From: Mytilus edulis
Taxonomy: Eukaryota
NCBI RefSeq assembly: GCF_963676685.1
Contig: NC_092354.1
Span: 64,170,001-64,234,000 of the forward strand
Length of the DNA: 64,000 nucleotides
Direction: 5' to 3'
Under the pieces are notes generated by a model, which saw only the letters and a program-made list of their open reading frames with translations, was not told the DNA's origin and made no database searches. Position numbers and translations under genes: made by a program. Positions 55,101 through 62,091 of this stretch are shown here, in pieces. Position 1 is the stretch's first letter; each line of letters starts with the position of its first letter.

Positions 55101-56684
55101 CAGCACTGAATACATTTTGAGAATCTTTGTCATATAGTCATGATTTTTGTTTCTGTTTCCTTCATTTTTTTTTGTATTAACTAGTACAATGCAAAAATAA
55201 AAAGAATTGACAAAAATATCGAACTCTAAGGAAAATTCAAACAGAAACCCCCAATAAAATGGCAAAATCAAAAGCTCAAACATATGAAACGAATCGATTA
55301 CAAGAAATGTTATTTGTACGACTACTCGTACCATGCTTGATTTGATCTGCATTACAATGAACATAACCAAGATTTCTTTTGTTTTCCTGCGTATCTGCAA
55401 CTGCAGTTCTGACGTGTCTAACTGTTTCAAACATCCGTGCCATTCCATTGTAATCTAAAATACAGAACCAGGTATAATCTTTAACAAAAAATAGTATAAG
55501 GTATTTTTTTTAAAACAAAACGGTAAACCTTTTTTTCTCCTAAAATAATATTTAAGATTTGAAAGAAAAAAAAGGAACCTTCATAAAATGTTAATCGCGT
55601 GAGCTCTGAAGATAGCCAATTTACATTGTCAAATATGAGCAAAGTCTCGGCGTCCTTAAAACTGATTTCTAAACCAATATAAACATCAAAAATATTGGTT
55701 TATACTGTTTTGAAATTGACACTAAATGAACACATGATCACGTCACAACAACTCGTAGCACAAAACAAACAAATTTATTGATATAATTCAAAATATCATG
55801 GTTGTAGCTTATATATGTTATTATAAAAATATACTTTTTTTCTTTTTGTAATTCTTTATGGGTGAAAAGTGTTTCATGCGTATGCTATCTAGTGTGAAGA
55901 GCTTCTTTGCTTCATACATTCGGATTATGCTTGTACACCGCTATTATTTTACCAAACGAAGAATATATTTCTTAAATAGCAGAATAGTTATAATTTAAAA
56001 AAGTACAAATACGAAATCGACTTTCCTTTACCAATAATCAATTTGTCAATTACCGATTTGATTCTGTTTTTCACACTTTTTAAACATATTACTTCCCTTT
56101 TTGAATTGTAGACGGGTTCTATACCGGACAAAATTGGTTTTCGCCAATGCAAAGCATGATCAATTGAAAGTGATGTATCGGCGGTTTAACTAATTTTCAT
56201 GAAAAATAATGAAAAATAATTTATGATGTCAAAAGTATTTAGCTTAACAACAAATTAATGTAATTAAAAGATTTTAAAAAAGGTTACGCACAGGTAAATT
56301 TGCTCTTTCTGTCCTCCAATGTAAATAAAAATCATAGTCCTTTATAAGGGAGACAACGAAAAAGGGATCTCTGTATTATATATTTACAGGGTCAATTACG
56401 GGAACTGGCAAATAGATTTTTAGGGGTAATTTCAAGATCTCCTGGAACAGAAATGGCAGTAAAACAAACTTACCTGTACCAAAGAAGGCATTTAAAGCAA
56501 AACTTGGAGATGTCGCACTGGTATTTTTTGTCTCGTAAATGTACTCCGAAACTGCTTGTAGAATTCCAGTGTTGGTTATATCAAAATGAGTTTTCGTTTG
56601 CCAATGACCCGGAGGAGGGGTTCTTGGTAAGAATCCATGTACAAAATGAATGGTAAGAATAAAGATATAAATACTTGACTTCAT
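18917..56684 (-). CDS. VWA7: VWA7-like (von Willebrand factor A domain-containing protein 7 family) type I membrane protein; 20 coding exons, 1000 aa
   Basis: Exons (in transcription order) 56474-56684, 55332-55454, 54785-54946, 53239-53311, 47412-47494, 46546-46731, 43283-43501, 42227-42346, 37486-37653, 36758-36873, 34491-34650, 33570-33646, 31953-32112, 27929-28095, 26686-26797, 25242-25440, 24861-24930, 21949-22178, 21063-21207, 18917-19138; all GT-AG and phase-consistent, 3003 nt; motifs FLP..THFDIT, FYSNTNWVE, LTSGY, KCSHGG, GINKD..SPHYHLH, DYSGS, GGGDCPE, FTDADAKD, TGG. The symbol denotes family, not proven orthology. Confidence 0.88.
20259..20470 (+). mobile_element. Degenerate tRNA-derived SINE
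   Basis: gggcctccgtgaccga head, B-box gttcgattcc, SINE-like 3' body. Confidence 0.5.
20780..20987. mobile_element. TTAA-flanked MITE (Kolobok-like), copy 1
   Basis: TTAA|GGAGGTAGAC...GTCTACCCCC|TTAA; second copy at 42512-42720. Confidence 0.8.
21063..21207 (-). CDS. VWA7-like exon 19
   Basis: SGVCCTPYITIDATDVDGFMSRC; AG/GTAAGT. Confidence 0.85.
21949..22178 (-). CDS. VWA7-like exon 18
   Basis: VTKTERPVCEVVSVMGKC..NCSKYNW; AG/GTAAAT. Confidence 0.85.
22726..22800. repeat. ~23-bp minisatellite (atagcttttcattttttgtata), 3-4 copies
   Basis: Direct inspection. Confidence 0.75.
23393..23905 (-). mobile_element. 3'-end fragment of the Penelope-like family
   Basis: Homologous to 7120-7560 and 28384-28950; further pieces at 22440-22560 (opposite strand), 26108-26390, 30765-30860, 33230-33500, 39910-40160 (opposite strand) and 43030-43150. 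Confidence 0.7.
24861..24930 (-). CDS. VWA7-like exon 17
   Basis: TYQVMVELNTTLERRQTITKRVS; phase 2/0, AG/GTAAGT. Confidence 0.75.
25242..25440 (-). CDS. VWA7-like exon 16
   Basis: VSYSVVNSGTHKEMYNVRLFDD..LNAGDQANGSF (Ig-like); AG/GTAAGT. Confidence 0.82.
26686..26797 (-). CDS. VWA7-like exon 15
   Basis: AFQVKVTAVDESNAIIIR; AG/GTATGT. Confidence 0.8.
27929..28095 (-). CDS. VWA7-like exon 14
   Basis: GNKYTYILTIVNFG..IIVPNT; AG/GTAAGT. Confidence 0.8.
28384..31900 (-). mobile_element. Second, degenerate Penelope-like copy, split by a TIR element
   Basis: 28384-29058 and 31008-31900 are collinear with 7120-9250 (LYTTLPH, FLDGDVPL and 3' tail). Confidence 0.8.
29059..31007. mobile_element. Non-autonomous TIR DNA transposon (~1.95 kb) with subterminal repeats
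   Basis: TIR tgtaggactcg...cgagtcctaca; arrays of gctgaagtgcgatggt and its reverse complement at both ends; interrupts the PLE copy. Confidence 0.8.
31953..32112 (-). CDS. VWA7-like exon 13
   Basis: KLSPGMYNL..YEVNITAQSPI..GSPIVG; AG/GTAATA. Confidence 0.82.
33570..33646 (-). CDS. VWA7-like exon 12
   Basis: GTKETFSTPTASRIFTDKNDLIMSIQ; phase 1/0. Confidence 0.75.
33739..33925. repeat. Long palindrome (~82-bp arms, ~23-nt loop)
   Basis: ataatcaaggttgtgttcaacatc...gatgttgaacgcaaccctgattat. Confidence 0.9.
34491..34650 (-). CDS. VWA7-like exon 11
   Basis: DLFPTSEVILEHF..VYVDKSIQVLKIVIKG..YPNG; AG/GTAAAT. Confidence 0.85.
35268..35755 (+). mobile_element. HINE/Helentron-type non-autonomous element
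   Basis: aacaa.. start, internal tandem repeats, gacggacg microsatellite, terminal cccc..gcgggggtataa hairpin. Confidence 0.55.
36758..36873 (-). CDS. VWA7-like exon 10 (end of VWA domain)
   Basis: FFEIIAATTGGRVYDTNKADI; AG/GTATTC. Confidence 0.87.
37486..37653 (-). CDS. VWA7-like exon 9 (VWA)
   Basis: AIELSLVDSTILVFTDADAKD; AG/GTAAAA. Confidence 0.9.
38039..42189. repeat. Large intronic inverted duplication (foldback)
   Basis: 38039-38976 pairs with 41244-42189 and 39462-39675 pairs with 41033-41246 as near-identical reverse complements. Confidence 0.92.
42227..42346 (-). CDS. VWA7-like exon 8 (VWA)
   Basis: VGGGGDCPELAAAGILK; AG/GTAAAT. Confidence 0.9.
42512..42720. mobile_element. TTAA-flanked MITE (Kolobok-like), copy 2
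   Basis: Same TIRs and TTAA flanks as 20780-20987. Confidence 0.8.
43283..43501 (-). CDS. VWA7-like exon 7 (VWA start, MIDAS DxSxS)
   Basis: SLSFVVDYSGSMGQEI..YVLSLFNDP; AG/GTAAGT. Confidence 0.92.
44440..45070 (+). mobile_element. 5'-truncated Penelope-like fragment (RT C-terminus and 3' tail), distinct family
   Basis: LKTKLYDKRYDFSFPIVDFPFL..AHGVYISQFIRY. Confidence 0.8.
45241..46040 (+). mobile_element. HINE/Helentron-type element with four ~168-bp satellite-like units
   Basis: Units at 45319, 45486, 45654 and 45822; subterminal tacccccgc; (GGAC/GACA)n; 3' hairpin taccccc..gcgggggta. Confidence 0.85.
46546..46731 (-). CDS. VWA7-like exon 6
   Basis: GKCSHGG..GINKDT..SPHYHLH..AVAAT; AG/GTTAGC. 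Confidence 0.93.
46905..47120 (+). repeat. Degenerate retrozyme fragment
   Basis: Homologous to 17665-17885 with a decayed hammerhead core; other decayed pieces at 42850-42995, 43845-43965 and 47690-47770. Confidence 0.65.
47412..47494 (-). CDS. VWA7-like exon 5
   Basis: CKDNMLVQNKLTSGY..KPP; AG/GTAAGT. Confidence 0.88.
48457..48652. repeat. 47-bp purine-rich minisatellite, ~4 copies
   Basis: ggagaaggtatgaagagtatataaaaaggcatgaatgtagaagatga at 48457, 48504, 48551 and 48598. Confidence 0.9.
50445..52105 (-). mobile_element. 5'-truncated Penelope-like element, third family
   Basis: GIPMGTNCA..ADLFLYCYE..LDD..FLDLDI..FLDGDVPLSPSYGVYISQL plus 3' tail 50445-51200; tail fragments also at 22980-23180 and 40355-40650. 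Confidence 0.83.
52460..52502 (+). ncRNA. Minimal type I hammerhead ribozyme motif
   Basis: CTGAAGA gaca-tgtat-tgtc GAAA t-gcgc-ATC tggtg; core and stem II intact, stem I weak. Confidence 0.6.
53239..53311 (-). CDS. VWA7-like exon 4
   Basis: GIKGKQLMTIANPEEDTCKD; phase 1/2, AG/GTAAGT. Confidence 0.83.
53846..54390. mobile_element. Kolobok-like non-autonomous DNA transposon
   Basis: ttca|GGGGGCTCG ... CGAGCCTCC|ttaa. Confidence 0.5.
54785..54946 (-). CDS. VWA7-like exon 3 (HET-C-like motif)
   Basis: RRQLGECLYTIQSFYSNTNWVE; AG/GTGAGT. Confidence 0.92.
55332..55454 (-). CDS. VWA7-like exon 2
   Basis: AVADTQ..YVHCNADQI; phase 1/1, AG/GTACGA. Confidence 0.85.
56474..56684 (-). CDS. VWA7-like exon 1 (signal peptide)
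   Basis: MKSSIYIFILTIHFVHG|FLP..THFDITNTGI; GTAAGT donor. Confidence 0.9.
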
Positions 56685-58745
56685 TCTTGCATTTGCTGTT
56701 GTGAATGCGCTGAATTTTGAGTACTTTGACATTATATCGTTATGAGACCTCGTGACAAATTTAACCAAATAAAACATTACGTATTTATATACTGCGTTCA
56801 CCCGATTATAAAACAATCAGGAAGAGTGTTTTCTACAAATAATAGTCGCCAGTAAATCATTGAAAATATAAGAGCAAAAATACGTACACTGCTTAACATA
56901 AAAAGTCACAAATCTTCATTTTCATGACCAAAATGTTTTAATAATCAACTCAAAATCTAATTTTTATGGTTATTTTTTTGTTTTTTGTAAAAACAGTTTT
57001 TGACATGACGAAAACTCTTGCATTTACGTCATTCAAAATGAGTTTATATGTTAAAGATTAATGCTTACAATATTTGATTGAGGAAAACTAAACGTGGGCT
57101 TCAATTTACATGATTTAGATCCTCGGATTAAATTTTAATTTGTAATGCCCATTTCCCGGATCTTCCTTTTGATTTTCATAACTTTATTTTTATTGTCCGG
57201 CGATTTAACTGTTTCCAAAACTTTCCACATTTTGTGTTGTTGTGAAGGACGCTTACCCGAGAAATTGTATTACTTGGTACTCGTACCGTGTAATTCATTT
57301 CGCAGGTAATTTTTTTTGTAAACAAATGTGTCAAAACAAGATTGCGATGCTATCTATCGGTGATTTATATCGAAAAACTTCTACTGGCGACGCAAATTCT
57401 ACGGATCTCGGACCACCGGACCAGCACCAATGTCAACCCCTGAGTAAGAGGAACAGTACAAAGGAAAGAATAAAATACATATTTTTATGGAAAATCCAGA
57501 AATACAAAGCATCGTTAATACAAAAGACCATGCTTTTGATTTTATAATTCATATTTCTAATCCACATTTGCATGAAAATATCACTTCATTTGAGAAAAAA
57601 TACTTTGATTTAATATATCTGAGTATACTTCTGCTCAAATAAAAGCACCTTAATATATAAGTATTAAGAAAACTGTATATAATGCTACATAAATAAAAAC
57701 TTGAAGTTTAAATATAAAAATATAGGTGTATGGTTGTAATTCTGCCATGTACAGCTCTTCATAAGAATCAGGCAGAGTGCCATATACATGTGATTTATAA
57801 GGGTTTCAGATTTTATCTATAAATGGCCTAGAAGAAGCAGTAACCACATACTGTTCAAAAATAAATTGGAGTGGGAAAATATCAGTGCTTGCCATGGTAA
57901 AGGACACTCTATTTTTGGGTTAATAAGCGTGGTAAAATCTTTCAAAAATCAGTTAAAGCACTACAATTCAGAGCCTGATGATGAATAGAATCAAGCATTT
58001 TTCATTAATTTTCATATGTAACATTGATACAATTTGGTTTAAGCTTCTTTTTAGTAAAGATTACATGTAAGCCAAATATTTTAATTTTCAACTTTTCTGA
58101 ATTTGAGATTTTTGCGAAATTATCAAATTTTCTCGGGTGTTTTTCATAAAACTGCAAATGTGTACAGCATAGTCAGCACTGTAGTTATGAAGTTTGGATA
58201 CTATTTTACTAAATTAAATAGAAAAATGCTTGGGACCTTTTTTACTTTTATCACCATAGCAACCGATTTTTTCCTTGGAAACGGAGTTACTATTTGCAGA
58301 ATATAGCAGTTTAAGAACTTTAACGTACTGAATTGATTCATAACTGATAAGAAAATATATAAAAGCATATGCTTACTCTAAATTACCATCGGTAAGAGTT
58401 GCTGACTTCAATAGTTACCATGGAAATACATATTATCCATAGCAACATCTATTTTAAAATGTATCAATGGATATTTATGTAAAAAAATATATAGAGGGTG
58501 TTTATATTCAAATTTGAATATGACAGCATGCTTTGCTTCACTCACAGTTTCTTCTGTTCTTTTCAGAAGGTTAAAAAAATGTAATATATAATGTAGAATT
58601 GGGTTTGAAGGTTGGGAAAAAAGGGGGGAGGGTAGGTTTATTAAAAAAAAATCATACATGTAGATTCTTGAAACGATAACGTTTTTTTTCTTCAGAAATT
58701 TCATACAAAACATCAATATAACTTGGTTTTAGCTTCAGAGCTTAG

Positions 58746-58958
58746 TGTAGTGAATCTCAGAGGTGCTCCTACTCTCAGGAGAAATATATATACTTAGCCG
58801 GAAGTGAGATCGTGCAATTCGGGGCTTCCTGTTCTAACCCATGGTCTATGTCTGAGGTGTGTTACACAGCTCCTACAAGAAGTCTAGATATTATAGAAGC
58901 TACGCTAATCTGACAGTTATTGTTGGTAAGTTATTAGCAAGCCCACACAAACACTTCA
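58746..58958 (+). repeat. Putative 5' LTR (213 bp)
   Basis: TGTAGTG...CACTTCA imperfect inverted termini followed by the PBS; partner LTR is outside the window, so the 5' boundary is unconfirmed. Confidence 0.65.
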
Positions 58959-58959
58959 C

Positions 58960-58972
58960 TGGTGTCAGATGT
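58960..58972 (+). promoter_or_regulatory. Primer-binding site, tRNA-Leu-like
   Basis: TGGTGTCAGATGT, 1 nt after the LTR end. Confidence 0.75.
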
Positions 58973-60144
58973 AAAAGTCATTGACACAGGTGGAAAATAG
59001 TCTTTTCAACGCGAAACGCGTCGTGTTGAAATTTTGATTTTCGCGGGTCAAATTTGTCAATTGAACCGTGTTATCCCTGTGAATTAAACATTCACGCATT
59101 ATTTCCACACCATTACCAATAAAACTTTGAACCATTGAATTGAATATACTCACTTCACTTGAATAAAGGTGAAAACAAACAAAATATAAACCGTATGAAC
59201 TGAATTTCAGTTTGTACACGAAAAGGGAGACAATTATAAAAACAAAACCAGTTGTTACACGAAAAGGGAGACAATTATCAAAACAAAAACAAAAACCAGT
59301 TGTTACACGAAAAGGGAGACAATTATAAAAACAAAACATCAAAAGATTGAAATTCTTTTGGCAAATTTTTATTTAATCTGAGTCAGTAGTACTGGCCAAT
59401 TATCAAAATTCAAAAATATGATTATTGAGACAGTAGTGCTGTCCTAATGTATGTTATTTGTTTAATTTAAACTAATAAAAGTATTAGAAATAGACATAAT
59501 TGAGCAATTGGCAGATACTATTACAGTGTGTATATTTTTCTTTGGGGTATATAATAAAAGTATACCGCATTATATATTCAGTTTGTGTGATATACATGTT
59601 AGTAATTGAATATATATAAATTATTATTACAAAGCAAGAAAGATATTGGTTTGATGCTATAGATATTCAGAATAGTTATATTAGTCTAATTGTTGTACAT
59701 TGAAATAAAGACTTACTATTTTTTCTACACATATAATTGAAATAAAGATTTATTATTTTTTTTCTACACATATACTTGGTTATTATATTTATATTTGCTG
59801 TGTTTTTTGGTGTTATTTTTGTTGTAATTTTTTCAAACTATAGATATATATATATATATTTATGGATAATCATATTGATTAAAGTAAATTTTTTGATTGA
59901 GCATACTTGAGATAAAACATTAGAATATCAACTGAAATCTAGAGAAATAAATAAATAAATTTACATGATCGTGTCAGCAGTGCTGGCCGTGTTAAAATTA
60001 ATTTAGGGGTATTGAGTGAGTCAGCGGTGCTGGCCGTATTTAAAACGTATCATTGAGTGAGTCAGCTGTGCTGGTCGTATTTAAAACGTATCTTAAAATT
60101 TATTTGATATAGAAGTAATTATTGTGTATTAAATAAAAGTGAAG

Positions 60145-62076
60145 ATGTCGACAATTAACATCAATACTGCGACAAAAGAAGAGTTAATGGGAATTAGAGA
60201 CATAGGGGAGGCCAGAGCCAATTTAATTATAAAAGCAAGAAAAATTAAAGGCACCTTGACATTAGAAGATCTAAAGATGATAGAAGGTGTACCAAACACG
60301 ATTTGGGACCCATTGATAAGGAATGGCACAGTTGAAGTTAGTACAGAGGAAGAAACTCCAGAAAAGCAACCAACAGCACAAGGTGACACTTCTGCATTAA
60401 TAGAACAGTATAAGACAAAGTTGTTAATTGCAGAACAAGACAAAGTTCATTCAAAAAGGGAATATACGAAAGAACTTGAAGATTTAAAAGTAACTTTTGA
60501 GAAGCAACTATGGCGTAAGTCAGCAGAGATAGAGGAATGCCTTGCTGAACTCCAACAAACAAAAGATAATTTTCAAAGAGAAGTGGAGAAGGATCAACTG
60601 GAAAGGGAAAAAAGTCAAAAAGAGTTGAGTTTTGAAAATACACAAATTAAACAAGAAATGAGTGAGTTACAACATCAGTATGAGAGTACTATGGCAGAAA
60701 AAGAAGGTGGTTTTTCAGAACAAATGGAGAGCATGCAACGGGAACGTCAAACATTAATGGATAAAGTCATGGAACAGGCTCAAGAGATGGATAAAGAAAG
60801 AGAAAGGAGCAAGGAGCAATATAAGCAGATGAAACAAAGGGATGCAGAATATGGCAGGAAATTAACTGCATTAGAAGAGCAATTACAGCATTTTAAAACA
60901 TCACGACTTATTTCTGAAAAGCTAGCTCCAGGAGATATATTTAGGGGTAAAGTAACTGAGATGTCAGCTAGTTCCTGGTATAGTGATTCTGCAAAGCTTA
61001 AATCCAGACAAACATTTAGCCCAGATAAACTTGGAGACTCAAAAGAAGAGGTTAATAACAATGGGAAAACTCCAACATCAGGGAAGGGAAAAGATGACTC
61101 GAGCTGTAAGGATGTTAAATCCAATCAACGTTCTGGACCAACACCACCAAAGCTAGCCATTTTTGATGGGAAATCAGAATGGAAGCCGTATTTCATGCAA
61201 TTTAACCATATAGCCAGGAAGTATGAATGGTCTAATGAACAAAAATTAGATCGTCTAATTGAATGCCTCAGAGATAAGGCTCTGAAATTTGTGAGTACTC
61301 GCCAAGAGACCGTTCAAAAGGACTATGACGTGTTAGTTCAAAAGTTGAGTCAAAGATTTGGGAATAAAGATTTACCTCACACCATTAGGCGTCAATTGCA
61401 AGAGGTAAGGCAGTTTGTGGATGAGTCGATAGAGGAGTTTGCCGAAAGGATACAGGAACTAGCAACAGATGGTTATCTAAATACACCAGAGAATGTAGTT
61501 GATACTATAGCCGTTGACGCTTTTTTGAAGGGGTGTACGGACAAAAAAGCAGCGCTATTTGCCATGGAGAAAGACCCAAATACAATGGACCAAGCGTTAC
61601 AATATGTTAAGAGCTCCATTCACAACCAAAAGATTTTATTAGGGTATAGAAAGCCAGAGGTAAAAAGGGTTCAGTTTTATGATGACTCAGATGAAGAAAG
61701 TACAGAATGTTTAGTACGTCAAGTCAAAACGGCAAATAATTCTAGTATGCAAGACTTACAGAAAAAGTATGAGACTATGGAAACAAGAATGGCAACTACA
61801 GAACAACATATCTGGACCATTAAATCAGACATCAAGAAGATTATCAACTCAATCAGTCCCAAAACCACTGCTGACCGCCAAAGGTCGCCTTCACCAAGAG
61901 GACGAAGTCCAACCAGAGATATACGGGATATACAATGCTATACGTGTAGGGAAATGGGCCATTACAGTACACAGTGTCCAAAGAAAAGTTGGTCGCCAAT
62001 GAGACGCAACAGATCACCATCTCCAAATAATAATCTTAGAGAGGGGACTTTAAACGAGCAAGGACTGAAGATGTAG
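60145..62076 (+). CDS. gag: Gypsy Gag: N-terminal HhH (ComEA-like), coiled coil, capsid, CCHC knuckle
   Basis: ININTATKEELMGIRDIGEARANLII; PKLAIFDGKSEW..RQ..ESIEEF; CYTCREMGHYSTQC; first ATG at 60145. Confidence 0.9.
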   Translation: MSTININTATKEELMGIRDIGEARANLIIKARKIKGTLTLEDLKMIEGVPNTIWDPLIRNGTVEVSTEEETPEKQPTAQGDTSALIEQYKTKLLIAEQDKVHSKREYTKELEDLKVTFEKQLWRKSAEIEECLAELQQTKDNFQREVEKDQLEREKSQKELSFENTQIKQEMSELQHQYESTMAEKEGGFSEQMESMQRERQTLMDKVMEQAQEMDKERERSKEQYKQMKQRDAEYGRKLTALEEQLQHFKTSRLISEKLAPGDIFRGKVTEMSASSWYSDSAKLKSRQTFSPDKLGDSKEEVNNNGKTPTSGKGKDDSSCKDVKSNQRSGPTPPKLAIFDGKSEWKPYFMQFNHIARKYEWSNEQKLDRLIECLRDKALKFVSTRQETVQKDYDVLVQKLSQRFGNKDLPHTIRRQLQEVRQFVDESIEEFAERIQELATDGYLNTPENVVDTIAVDAFLKGCTDKKAALFAMEKDPNTMDQALQYVKSSIHNQKILLGYRKPEVKRVQFYDDSDEESTECLVRQVKTANNSSMQDLQKKYETMETRMATTEQHIWTIKSDIKKIINSISPKTTADRQRSPSPRGRSPTRDIRDIQCYTCREMGHYSTQCPKKSWSPMRRNRSPSPNNNLREGTLNEQGLKM

Positions 62077-62091
62077 GTCGCTCATCAGTCC
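62049..62091 (+). promoter_or_regulatory. -1 programmed ribosomal frameshift signal
   Basis: T-TTA-AAC slippery heptamer in the gag frame (62049-62055), 6-nt spacer, stem ggactga (62062-62068) / tcagtcc (62085-62091). Confidence 0.8.

Noticed and set aside
56685-56816. N-terminal extension of ORF 56376-56816
   Set aside because: The signal peptide starts at ATG 56684; the upstream part is probably 5' UTR or promoter
59216-60090. Short direct repeats resembling a CRISPR or iteron array
   Set aside because: The spacers are not unique and the repeats lie in the Gypsy leader
60139-60330. Bacterial comEA gene, contamination or recent HGT
   Set aside because: The HhH is in frame with capsid and CCHC domains inside an LTR element, in clearly eukaryotic context
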